Part shown: one piece after another, positions 44,975 to 56,888 of the stretch
Layout: the number at the start of each line of letters is the position of its first letter
Position numbering within the stretch: the first letter of the stretch is position 1
Source of the DNA: Hydrolagus colliei
Lineage: Eukaryota
Length of the DNA: 64,000 nucleotides
Reading direction: 5' to 3'
NCBI GenBank assembly: GCA_035084275.1
Contig: CM068751.1
Coordinates: forward strand, 3,968,001-4,032,000
Program-made: the position numbers and the translations under genes
Notes under the pieces: model-generated
Seen by the model: only the letters and a program-made list of their open reading frames with translations
The model's database searches: none
What the model was told of the DNA's origin: nothing

Positions 44975-45694
44975 CTATGGGAAAGAAGAGGGCAAATCCA
45001 TCACAATTAAATTATTCCTGAAGATGCTTTCACAATGACCAAACCCTCAAAATATTAAACATTCTTCTGCTGGGCATTACACATTGATGTTAGTATAGTG
45101 CATTGATGTTTTAGTCCAGGACGACCACTGAGTTCACTCCTCTGAACTTTTGATGATAAATTACAGAGTTGCCATGGTGAAGCACCAAGAGGGTGGTTGG
45201 GAAAACTAGATGGAGAATCAGTACCAAGTCGTATCCTAAGAAAAGAAATGAGCAGCCACTGGTCATCCACCCAGTCAATGAAAGGATAACACTGGGGGAC
45301 AATAATAAACATCTTATAACAAACTTTTTTGGGTCAGCCAAGTGTCTTGCCACATGTGGTACCCAAACCAGAGTTCCATGCACAAAACACAAAATACTAC
45401 AGATGCTGGCAATCTGAAACAACCCTTCTTGTAGACCCGAAACGTTGACTCTTTTTCCTTTCTCCATGGATGCTGTTTGACCTGCTGAGTTTCCCCAGCA
45501 ACTTGTGTTTTTGTTTCAGAGTCGCATGCATCCCATCTTCTCAGAGAAATTCCCATGGAACGGAATGCACACTGTCTCTCTGGGGGGATGCACGCTGCTT
45601 ACCCAATTCCGACAATGCAATCCCCAGCACTGCATTGAAGTGTCATCTTAGGCTGTGATTTCAAGTGCCAATTTAGGGCTTGAACTCCCTCCAA

Positions 45695-45885
45695 AAAACC
45701 ACAATAATAAAATTGGTCATTTTCAATCCACGACTGTTTGTGGGACACTGCTGTGCGCAATTGGCTGCCGCGATTCGCCCACAAATATATACAGTCAATT
45801 CACTTTACAGTATATTCTGTGAAGCGCTTTGGGACGTTGATAAGATGTGGAAAGCGCTATATCAAATGCAAGGATTATTATTATT
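45695..45885 (+). mobile_element. SINE 3' part in POLR2D intron 1
   Basis: Near-consensus body and tail. Confidence 0.85.
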
Positions 45886-45924
45886 GAACTCACAATCTTC
45901 TGACTCAGAGGTGAAGGCTCTCTA

Positions 45925-46850
45925 CACACACAGACTGATTCTCTCTCACACACACACACTGACTCTCTTACACACACACACACCGACTCTCACACACACA
46001 CACACACACTGACTCTCACACACACACACACACTGACTCTCACACACACACTGACTCTCACACACACTGACTGACTCTCACACACACTGACTGACTCTCA
46101 CACACACACCGACTCTCACACACACACACACACTGACTCTCACACACACACTGACTCTCACACACACTGACTGACTCTCACACACACTGACTGACTCTCA
46201 CACACACACTGACTGACTCTCACACACACTGACTGACTCTCACACACACTGACTGACTCTCACACACTGACTGACTCTCACACACACACTGACTGACTCT
46301 CACACACACTGACTGACTCTCACACACTGACTGACTCTCACACACACACTGACTCTCACACACACACTGACTGACTCTCACACACACACTGACTGACTCT
46401 CACACACACACTGACTCTCACACACACACTGACTGACTCTCACACACACACTGACTGACTCTCACACACACACTGACTCTCACACACACACTGACTCTCA
46501 CACACACACTGACTCTCACACACTGACTGACTCTCACACACACTGACTGACTCTCACACACACACTGACTCTCACACACACACTGACTGACTCTCACACA
46601 CACACTGACTGACTCTCACACACTGACTGACTCTCACACACACACTGACTCTCACACACACACTGACTGACTCTCACACACACACTGACTCTCACACACA
46701 CACTGACTCTCACACACTGACTGACTCTCACACACACTGACTGACTCTCACACACACACTGACTCTCACACACACACTGACTCTCACACACACACTGACT
46801 CTCACACACACACTGACTCTCACACACACACTGACTGACTCTCACACACA
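45925..46850. repeat. Compound (CA)n-CTGA-CTCT satellite in POLR2D intron 1
   Basis: Reiterated CACACACACTGACTGACTCT. Confidence 0.95.
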
Positions 46851-46923
46851 CGGGATCATTGCCCGTTGTCCCGCGGCCGATGGCAGATCTCTGCCGCTCT
46901 CTCCTCTCGATCCCCGTCGGTAC

Positions 46924-46996
46924 CTTTGGGAAACACAAGCTGTGAGGCGTCCTCCTCCACGTCTCCGACCCGGGACTCGCTCCCACAGGCCGCCAT
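46924..46996 (-). CDS. POLR2D: POLR2D (RPB4) exon 1 (73 nt)
   Basis: MAACGSESRVGDVEEDASQLVFPK; donor G|GTACCG. Confidence 0.95.
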
Positions 46997-46999
46997 CGC

Positions 47000-47075
47000 C
47001 ACACACCGGCCGGAAGTCAGGAGGCGACAAGCTCTGCGCCCACCGGAAGTGTAGCTGGATGCGTGCGCATATTTT
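47000..47075 (-). promoter_or_regulatory. POLR2D core promoter
   Basis: Two CCGGAAGT ETS/GABP motifs (47010-47017, 47043-47050) and NRF1-like GCGTGCGCAT (47061-47070) just upstream of the ATG. Confidence 0.75.
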
Positions 47076-47105
47076 GTTGGCAGTGGAGCTGGTTACTCAG
47101 TCATT

Positions 47106-48095
47106 GTGAGAGTCAGTCAGTCAATGTGTGTGTGTGTGTGTGTCAGTCAATGTGAGAGTCAGTCAGTGCGTATCAGTCAGTCAGTGTGTGTGTGTGTGTC
47201 AGTCAGTGTGAGAGTCAGTCAGTGCGTATCAGTCAGTCAGTGTGTGTGTGTCAGTCAGTCAGTCAGTGTGAGAGTCAGTCAGTGTGTGTGTGTCAGTCAG
47301 TATGAGAGTCAGTCAGTGTATGTGTGTGTGTCAGTCAGTGTGTGTGTGTCAGTCAGTCAGTGTGTGTGTGTCAGTCAGTCAGTGTGTGTGTGTCAGTCAG
47401 TGTGTGTGTGTCAGTCAGTGTGTGTGTGTGTCAGTCAGTGTGAGAGTCAGTGTGTGTCAGTCAGTCAGTGTGTGTGAGAGTCAGTCAGTGTGTGAGAGTC
47501 AGTCAGTGTGTGTGTGTCAGTCAGTCAGTCAGTGTGAGAGTCAGTCAGTGTGTGTGTGTGTGTGTGTCAGTCAGTGTGAGAGTCAGTCAGTGTGTGTGTG
47601 TGTGTGTCAGTCAGTGTGAGTCAGTCAGTGTGTGTGTGTCAGTCAGTGTGAGAGTCAGTCTGTGTGTGTGTGTGTCAGTCAGTGTGAGTCAGTCAGTGTG
47701 TGTGTGTCAGTCAGTCAGTGTGAGAGTCAGTCAGTGTGTGTATGTCAGTCAGTCAATGTGAGAGTCAGTCTGTGTGTGTGTGTCAGTCAATGTGAGTCAG
47801 TGTGTGTCAGTCCGTGTGTGTGAAAGTCAGTCAGTCTGTTTGAGAGTCAGTCTGTGTGTGTGAGAGAGAGTTAGTTTGTGTCTGAGACAGTCAGTCCATG
47901 TGTGTGTGAGAGTCAGTGTGTATGAATTGGTGTGTGTGAGACAGTCAGTCAGTCAATGAGAGAGTTAGTCAGTCTGGTGTGAGAGAGAGTCAGTCAGTGT
48001 GTGAGAGAAAGTCAGTGTGTAAGAATCGGTGTGTGTGAGACAGTCAGTCAATGAGAGTGTTAGTCAGTGTGTGAGTGTCAGTCAGTGTATGAGAG
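47106..48095. repeat. Compound (GT)n-GAGA-GTCA satellite upstream of POLR2D
   Basis: Reiterated GTGTGTGAGAGTCAGTCA, the reverse complement of the 45925-46850 motif. Confidence 0.95.
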
Positions 48096-49429
48096 CGTTT
48101 AAGCACTCTGAGACGCCGTCCAGCGTGGAGAGCACTATATAAATTGAAGTTGTTGTTGAGAGAAAGTCAGTCCCTGTGGGGGAGACATCCTCCCAACCTG
48201 GCTATACAAATGTAATTTTGTTGTGTATGTGAGTCAGTGTGAGAGTCAGTCAGTGTAAACATATTAACAATCAATTATGAAGAAAATCTCTCCATAGATG
48301 CTGTCTGACATGCTGAGTGACCCAGCAAATTCTGTTTTTGTTTCAAATTTCCGGCATCTGCAGTATTTTGTTAACATGTTTATCTTTCGTCTGAAAGTGG
48401 TTTACAATTTCACATGTTTATCTTTAAACCTAAACACTAAGCTCAAAATGAACTGTAACCTCGACCTGGCTACTTCTCTGTTTTCAATGCCACTGTCTTC
48501 AACAGAAAGGTGTCATCACCCCGACTGGGCTGCTAGCGCCCTTATCACCCACTCAGAAGTTATGGGTTTAAACCTCACGTAAAAGTCCCAGCACCTCTCC
48601 ATTTCTTGGATCTTCTCCAATCTCACTGCTCTGCTCACCGCCTCCACCTGGCTAATTCAGATGCTGTGTAGGCCCCACTCTCTGGCCAACGATTAGTAGC
48701 TGAGCTTTCAGCTTCTACATCCCTACCCGCTGGTGCACCCTCTGTCCCACAATCCACTTTATTTGCCATGAACCCACTTCCTTAAAAACTACCACTTCCC
48801 AAACACCTATGATCAACTCTCCTGTACATTGTATCAAATACAAGGATTATTAGAACAGGCAGTATGATTTATTTTCTCAAAGACCTTGTGTATGTGAATA
48901 ATTTATATCTCCCTGAAATTGTGACCGTTTGTAATATAGAGAATTGGGTCTAAGTGTAAGAGCACCACAGACGAGAACTCAAAGACGTTGGGAGATAAAT
49001 GAAGTGGATAAGATATGTCATAGTGAGCAGAAGTCATGATAAGAAGAATCAAACAACATTGGTAGTGTGTTCAGAAAGAACCATAAAAGGAAAAATAGGA
49101 GAGAGAAGCGTCTAATAAAATTAACAAAATTAAATTTACACATTAAATTGACAAACTACTATTCTGAACCCTGTACTGAATTTGGATAAGCGGGGAGTAA
49201 TCTAGCATCATTTGATTTTTACAGGTGGCAATTTGGATAAGAACTATAAGGTTAAGGAAGCATTGTATGCCAGAAGACCAAAGTCCCTTTAAGATTAGAG
49301 GGTGTAATAATTGAAGTGAAGGTAAAATTGGCTGCTTGTTAATTGCTTATCAGCAATTGTGATTGTATAAATGACACACCTAAAACTGATTTAGCAGAGG
49401 TAGGTATTCTCAAAGACTTCAGACAAAGA

Positions 49430-49470
49430 ATGATTTGGGGAGTTGGAAAAAAGGCAAAAAAGTGCTGGTG
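49430..49470 (+). CDS. CFC1: EGF-CFC exon 1 (tentative)
   Basis: ATG ATT TGG ([13 protein letters not shown]), phase-2 donor TG|GTAGGA fits exon 2; TATAAA at 49366. Confidence 0.55.
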
Positions 49471-51350
49471 GTAGGAAGGAATTGTTTTGAGTTTACTCTT
49501 ATCAGTTGCTCTGGAGAACGTTTAGTGATCAAAAACCTTTTTTCTTGTATTAGGTGTTTCCTATGCATTCTACTGAAATTGAGAGTTGTGAAGGTGATGA
49601 CAGGTTAGTGATGGCTTGATTAAAGTTGTGAGAATCTGTTTTTTTCAACAAATCAACTTGGTTTTGTATATTTCAGCATGTGCAGGTCAAGATTGCAAAG
49701 ATGTAGAAAGTCTTCTCTTTGCTTTTTGGAAAACTTCCAGGCCAATGCCTACAACTTCTTTTATGAAATTCAGTCAAGATAACTACCGAACAGAAGAGCA
49801 GAGATTTGGACAGAGACGTGGGCCTCTTGAACATGAGGGAAAACCGGGGAATTGGACACACAGTGAGTTTTCCCATGCTGAGGATAGAGTAGATGTGATC
49901 TGTATCCAAATCCCTTATCTACAATAGTTTAGAGTTTTATGTTGTTTGTGCCTATCCAACAGTTGGGTTGGATTTTCTTTGCAGTGGATTTCACAGTTTG
50001 GTGTCTTGTAAATATTTTTCTACGAAAGTGATTGTGTGGGAATATTGGCCTTGTGGCACACATTGGGGACAAGGATATTATGATGCCAAGAGCAGATTTA
50101 TTTCAAAGTTTTATATTGTGCCTAGGTGCTTTTCTTGGTCGACGTTGTTGCCAGAATGGAGGGACTTGTGTGCTCGGCAGTTTTTGTGTGTGTCCTAAAG
50201 ATTTCAGCGGTAGACACTGCCAATATAACCATTTCAACAGGTAAATTTACAGCTTGGTTCCTATTCGAAAACCAATGTGGACCTTGTCTTTAGTGCAGTG
50301 TTTCTGTCTTCTTCCCCTCCTCACATAGAGACTGTAACTCCATACAACATGGAGAGTGGGCGCGCAAGAACTGCACCTGGTGTAAATGTAACTATGGGAC
50401 ATTCCATTGTCTCCAAGGATTGCTGAAAACCTGTGGTAAGTGTGCGGCAAACAACCCACAACTTGCTTTTACTTCTGTTACTAAAAGAAAAAGCCCTCTG
50501 CAGGCTCGCCCCACCCTGCATCCATGACCTCCTAACCCCTTACCAACCTGAACCACCCCTCTGCTCAGCAGGCTCTGGGCTGCTCCACATCCCCCTACCC
50601 ACCTGCCCCACCATTGGCAGGCGAGCCTTTAGCCACTCTGTCCCCAACCTCTGGAACTCCATCCCACAGCCCCTCTGCCTCACCCCCTCCCTGACCTCTT
50701 GCAAGTCTCGCCTCTTAGATGGGCCCATTGGCAACCCAACAGGAGGACGTCCCAAAGTGCTGAAGCTACATTGAAACCAAGAAATGTTGAGTTAACCATT
50801 GACTTATCCACCTGCCAGAAGCCAATTCTCGCTAATAGAAACTCAGAAAAAGGTTGTTCTTTGACTTCTACCCACTGTTGTGTGGTCACCAGCATTGAAT
50901 CCCACTAAGGCAAACCTATACAATACATACTGAACTACCTTAGGTGTGTAGGCTTATTAAAATGAAATTAACATTGAGCTTGATGGGTCTGGTGAGTGTA
51001 TGGAGCATTTTCCATTGCTGTTCTCTCCACCCTGCCCTGCTCCCTGAATGCCTGGTTGAATCAATGCTGCTGTCAACTGAGCTTCTGAACTTGTTTTCCA
51101 GACACTGGGTATGCCAAAATTTACAGAAAGTTAAAATATTTCAGTGATTCAGTGTTGTCGCCATAACATGTATCCTAAGGTCAAATATCTAAACGTGCTT
51201 TTATCTCTTATTTCAGATCCAGCCCTGGATAAGGAATTGGGGTATATATTAACCTCTGGGTGTAACTTGGAATTATTTCTCTACCCTTTATCTTTGCTGA
51301 TGCCCTCAATAGTTACTATGTATGCAATAATGATACAGTTTACTTACTGA
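49430..51350 (+). CDS. CFC1: EGF-CFC family Nodal co-receptor (Cripto/Cryptic-like), 6 exons, ~210 aa
   Basis: Signal-peptide-like N-terminus, EGF-like [28 protein letters not shown] domain [26 protein letters not shown] and hydrophobic GPI-type tail. CFC1 versus TDGF1 orthology cannot be resolved by eye. Confidence 0.88.
49554..49603 (+). CDS. CFC1: EGF-CFC exon 2 (signal peptide core)
   Basis: T-rich tract + TAG|, [19 protein letters not shown]|GTTAGT. Confidence 0.75.
49677..49862 (+). CDS. CFC1: EGF-CFC exon 3
   Basis: TTTCAG| [12 protein letters not shown]...GNWTH |GTGAGT, phase 1-1. Confidence 0.8.
50126..50240 (+). CDS. CFC1: EGF-CFC exon 4, EGF-like domain (115 nt)
   Basis: [27 protein letters not shown] with the O-fucosylation consensus CxxGGTC. 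Confidence 0.95.
50329..50435 (+). CDS. CFC1: EGF-CFC exon 5, CFC domain (107 nt)
   Basis: [35 protein letters not shown] (6 Cys); donor G|GTAAGT. Confidence 0.95.
50495..50730 (+). mobile_element. L2-clade LINE fragment in EGF-CFC intron 5
   Basis: [41 protein letters not shown]; similar to 15330-15540. Confidence 0.8.
51217..51350 (+). CDS. CFC1: EGF-CFC exon 6, GPI-anchor signal
   Basis: TTTCAG| [44 protein letters not shown]. Confidence 0.85.
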
Positions 51351-53374
51351 GGCAGTTTTTTAAATATATTTTTGAAAACTTGGAACTAATTTGAGAACAG
51401 TATTGTTAATGGGTTTGTTGCTAGAGACCAAACACTCAGAACATTATTGACAATGTAGGTGAATTCAATTTTGCTTTTAACATTAAACCAATTTAGAAAA
51501 CAAACATGGCATAACTCTTCTGTTCTCTCTAACCTATTTAGCAACACATTTGGTCTAAAACCAATATAGTTGAGGCAAAATTTAGGATGATCTTTGCACT
51601 TGCTTGACTGCTCAGATGAGCATTATTAAAAGAGCACGTTCAAACAAGTAGGAGATTTGATAGCTGCAATATGAGGTTTTTGACTCGACAACTTGATTTA
51701 CATGTAATTCATTTCATATGTCTTTTCTGAATTGTGTTACATACAATTTCCTTTTTTAGTAGCTCATGATCTTTTCCAGCCACCACAAAAATAATGATGG
51801 GTAGATCTGTACCACTGATGTTTAGAACAAACTATTTTAATGATGTCAACAAACGTCTGACTTGTCACATGGGGATGCACCAAACTGATCTTTTGCATTG
51901 AACAATCGGGAGATGCTTGCAAAAAAATCTTAGTAATCATAAAGCTTGAAGCAGATGGTCAATGAAATCTGATGCTGCATGTATTCCTGAGGGCGAGAAT
52001 GAGTCATTTGTCTAATTAGCTGATCCCAGTTGGAAAACATCTTCTCCAATGTACTTGAGTGTAAAACATTTTTTAAAAATGTTTACTTTTGTTAGGTAAT
52101 GTTTAGTTAATTGCATCCGTTATTAATCCCAGCGAACTCCACTTTTTTACATTTAATTCCTGGTTGATTGGTTACCACAATCGATAACATCCGTAATTTT
52201 CTTGTATCCAACTAATCAGTCTCCTTATCAATTACATTACTTAAGTTTATTAATTTCAGAGGCATTGTATGATAATCTTGTAATCATAAAGATGAGAATA
52301 ATCATTTGATTTTAAATAGTTTTGTTCAATTTTAAGACCCACTGTATGCATGCCAGCATGATATTGTCAAATTCCTATTCCAAGTAACTTGTTTGTACAG
52401 ATATCACCTGGGGCTTTGCCAAATTATACAAACCTCTGTAGCTATCCTCAAGACAACATTTCCTTTTTTTTGCTTTTACTCTTTAGTATTTTTCCAATCA
52501 GAATTTTACAACTATATTAGGAAATCCTAGCTATATTGTCCCATAGGGTTCATATCAAAATGATTGTATGAAATCAGTAAAGGACTTGAGCTCTCTTCAC
52601 TTTTGCAGATCTAAGGGGGTATTACGAGATTTGTTTTAAAACTTAAAACACCCTGATAGTTGCTATGCTCCTCCGAATGGCAACTTGTTGGCTTGATAAT
52701 AAGAATAGTAATCCTTGCATTTGATAAAGCAAGCCATAGAGATGTCTCAGTGAATCACAGGACATATACTGTAGAGTAGATTGACTGTAAATTTTGGGGT
52801 TGCAACGTGCTCTTGCACTTCCCAAGTGAGCAGCCTGGAATCCAGGGCCCAGCCCCCTCGTGTCTCCCCACAGTGACACACTGGCATGGAGCTCAAGAGG
52901 ATCTTCTTCACCCATGGATTCCATCAAGTCTGTTTCCCTGGCTGTAGGTTTGCTTGATAATAAGCAGGGGCAATGGGAATATTGTTCAACCATTCATGCC
53001 ATCACTAATTAGATGACAGGCTATTTGACTTCTTTAAATGAAAGGTTCACCTTGTTTTACATTGTGAACTTTCACTAAGGATTTGTACCCATTGGCCCGG
53101 AAGGTATTGATGGGGAAGGCTCTACCCCTCCCCATAGAGCGCTCTGAGACGCCATATAAATCGAAGTTGTTGTTAGCCTCTGATGGAACAGTAGCAAATC
53201 ATCAGATCCCTCCAGGGACTCACTGGTGGTGATTGTGCCCTGTGCACTCCATGATTATTTTTGAACACAAGTCAAGGGTAGTGTATGTATTCAGTCCTGT
53301 ATATATCTTGTGAACGCTTTGATGTGATATCAAATTGCAAGTACTGTATTATTATTTATGATTACTCTAGAGGG

Positions 53375-53670
53375 GAGTGGTAATACTCATTTGAAACCTT
53401 AACTGAATTGTGTTCAAATCCAGGCAGGTCAGGGCGAAACCTTGGGCAAGTTTCCTTATTCCACACGCCTAATAGTAATCCTGCCCCCCAAAAAACACAA
53501 TAAAATTGGTCATTTCAATCCACAACTGTTTGTGGGACACTGCTGTGCGCAATTGGCTGCTACGTTTTGCCCACAAATATACAGTCAATTCACTTTACAG
53601 TATATTCTGTGAAGCGTTTTGATATGTCTAGAAGTTGTGAAAAGCACTATATCAAAATGCAAGGATTATT
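53375..53670 (+). mobile_element. Near full-length tRNA-derived SINE
   Basis: B-box GTTCAAATCC, body, tail GCAAGGATTATT. Confidence 0.85.
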
Positions 53671-54039
53671 AGAAAGGTTACAGCATGGAATTCATTGACT
53701 ATCCTAGTAAGTTTTTCCTTCCCATGAGTTGTATTTTCTCTATTGTGTCTGGGGGAAGGGAGAGAGAGAGATCAGCTAGGTGTGGAAACCCATCCCCAAT
53801 AAACAGGATCCAAACTGAGAATTCCATGCATTCCACCATCTTCTCTTACAAAATACAAACACAATGATTAAATCCCTTACCCTTTACTTTAGAATACTAA
53901 CTGCTGCTCACACTGAGGGAGGGAGGCAGTCGGTGGGGGTGGGGGGAGGAGGGGGAAGTAAAACAACATTTGATTACATTTCAAACCCAGTAAATCGTGT
54001 TATCAGGAGAGACAACATTGGGTTTCCAAGGAAACAGGC

Positions 54040-54210
54040 GCACCCCAGGCGAGTACGTCATCCCGATTTGGCTTCGCGCAGCTTCCTGGGAAATGTAGTC
54101 GGCCGCCGCGCGATGTTCTATGGCAGATGTAGTCTGGCGCCTGCCCTTTGTTGACCAGGCGCGGCGCCGACCTGAGCTAAACGACTACAGATCCCGGCGT
54201 GCCCCGGGAG
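54040..54210. promoter_or_regulatory. CpG-island promoter with three ZNF143/THAP11 (ACTACAnnTCCCA-type) motifs
   Basis: CTGGGAAATGTAGT at 54086-54099, degenerate TGGCAGATGTAGT at 54121-54133, ACTACAGATCCCGGCGTGC at 54184-54202. Confidence 0.8.
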
Positions 54211-54580
54211 CCGGCTCTGAGCGCCAAACAGTCTGAGAAGAAGAGGAGGGGGTGGAGTCGGCAGCAGGGCCTTGGCCGGGCCCTTTCCCCCCCACTCCCC
54301 TCCGTAGCCATCATCATCATCATCTCACCACTGCACTCACCCGGTACCTCCTCCCGCCCTCTCTTCTGAGTTGCGGCCTCACTTCCGCTTCCCACCGCCA
54401 TTCCGCCGCAGTCTGTGTCCGTCCGGTGAGGGGGGGGTGAGGAGGGGGGGGGTTGTTTCGTCTTGTCTAGTCTCGTCTCGCCTCACCACCTCACCACCTC
54501 GCTCATTGCAGCGCAAACCCACAGGGAGCCGGGGAGGCACCGAAACACATCGAGCCGGAGCAACTACTGACGCTGAGTGT
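54210..54580 (+). other. Putative non-coding first exon of an unidentified plus-strand gene
   Basis: GC-rich sequence downstream of the ZNF143 promoter ending at TGT|GTAAGT (54581); no recognisable coding exon through 64000. Confidence 0.55.
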
Positions 54581-56888
54581 GTAAGTGCACAGTAGCCTGG
54601 CGACCCCCCCCTCCCGCGCTGCTTCCTTCCTCTGCAAGGGACAATTGGGCACCGGCGGCTTCTAGAAATGTCTACAGTCGCCTCTCGCTGTAGAGAAAGG
54701 AGTGGAGGGGAAGGTGTGAGTGACTCAATGAGTGAGGCTCGGGCCCGGCAGAGAGCTGTAAGATTCTAGGTTGAATATTATCAGTGGAGGGTCTGAGGTG
54801 GGAGAGACAGGTGGGAGACTGTACACTTGGGTTCAGGGGGGAAAGCTGAGTGTGTGTGTGTGTTGGAAGCGAACGGGGTCAGCGACATGTTGGGATCGGG
54901 GTGGTGCTGTGTGCGGTCAAGGACAAGGTGTGAGAATGTGTCTCTTGGGTCTGGGGGGTGGTGTACGAAGGGTTCGGGGTGAAGGAGAGGAGTGGTAGGT
55001 TTCAGAGAGAAGGTGTGAGGGTCAGAGTCTAACCCAAATTTATCTGTACAGCGTTGGCTGGCTCAGTGTATTACTGTATTGCCAAATGTAACACAGCTCC
55101 GTTATCCACTCTGTGAAGCTGATATTTACATATGCGAGGGTAAAGTCATTGCTAAAACACTATGCTCTAACTGCTATGTTTGCTGTACCCGAATTGACTG
55201 CTGCGTGTGTCTGCAAAACACAGTCATTACTCTTTGAAATGCTTTGAGCCACTCCTCTGACGTGAAAGGCATTATATCAAATGCTCTTATTAATAAACGG
55301 ATCAAAGAAGCAAATGGAAATTCGAACAGAGCAAGAAACAGCAAACGGAGATTAAGCTGACAATGTGATAATGTTAATACAATATATGTAAACTTATTTC
55401 TCCAGGGTATAAATCAGTTCTTCTCGCTTGCTCATTTTGCACAAGTGCTTTGAACTTATTCTAATTCTATGTATAATGTATACCTGAAATAACATAGTTG
55501 GCACAATCCAGAGGCTTCAAGTTCAGTCAGGACTAATGTGTTGCAGCTTCCAAACACGGAATACAGGCCTCAACCTGCATTGTGAATTCATTTCGTTTCT
55601 TAATTTTTCAAGATCCACAGTTCTATGACATCTCAGAATAAAAGTATGTGAAACTAAGTATTTGATAAGAATAGTTTATGCCTATATTTCATGGTGTGCA
55701 GTGCAATTTGTGTGTTTAAAGCTTAATTTAGAAATACTGTAGTTATGTTTGATTTTTATAATGGTTCACTGGTGCGAATTGTGGAGTACTGAGCCAAAAG
55801 GATCACAAATATTTAATACCTGGTCTGTGCAGCATTAACTGATCATCCGCAGAAAAATAACATTGGGCCGCTTTTAGTTTCAAAATCCATTGAAGGGTGA
55901 ACATTTAGTTTGTTAGGTAGTCAGTCACTACCCAATGAATATGGATGTTGTCTGAGGGCACTGGAGGTGCAGCGTGTTTGTTTATTAAATATCTGAAAAG
56001 GTCTGTAATAGCCAAAAGCACATTAATATGACAAGCTTAGCATGTTGTAACTGGGGCCTGCTTGTGAAGTGGAGTATGTTATCTCCAACCTCTGATACAG
56101 TTTGCGCACTGAGCCTGGGCAGGATGTCATTAACAGGAACTGACTGCTCTTTATGTGGGGTTGTGTATTATCACAGCTTCCTCTTTACTCTTTACTGTAC
56201 TTGGACCTACAGAGGGCTTTGATTATCAAGAGTATAAGGTTTACGAGAGGCGCTAATCATTCGTTTGGAGATAATCAACGGGAAATATGGCATTTAAGAA
56301 ATTGTTTCTGGACTTTATACTTTACAATCCAATTGGTATGTGTGTGTATACCACTAGATATCTCTATACAATTGTTCCAGAAGTTGCATTGCTTAGAACT
56401 CAGTGTACAGAACCCACATCCCTTGAGTTTCATTGTGACTTTAGGAATTTGTTTACCATAATTGAGGGGAAAAGTCTCCGAAAACATGGCTTATTGTTGC
56501 ACCCTTAAATTTTGAAAATGTTGGAAATGAAGAGCTGTGTCAGTTTGCTGCAATAAGGCACGTTTTCTGTTTATAAATATTGTACATTGTTAACAAGTTA
56601 TTTGATGTTTACGTTTAACACAGTACACTAATGGTGTTTCCAGGCTGCAATTTGATGCGGTCCTTGTCCATAGGTGAAACCTGAATCCCTCATTTGGGTT
56701 TCTAGCTGTTGTTGTGATACTATGATAACAGATCTCAAAGTTACTTGAAGGTATAGTGAATGAAAACATTTGTTAGCTTTCAATCTTCTTCCTAAGTTGT
56801 GTTTGATATTGATCTTTTCTTAGGGGCTTCAAACTGCTTGGAATATTGGTTAACTCCCAGATTTATTGATGTCCATCCAAGTATAGTG

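Noticed and set aside
46418-47823. Cys/Val/Ser-rich ORFs
   Set aside because: Translations of the CA/GT satellites.
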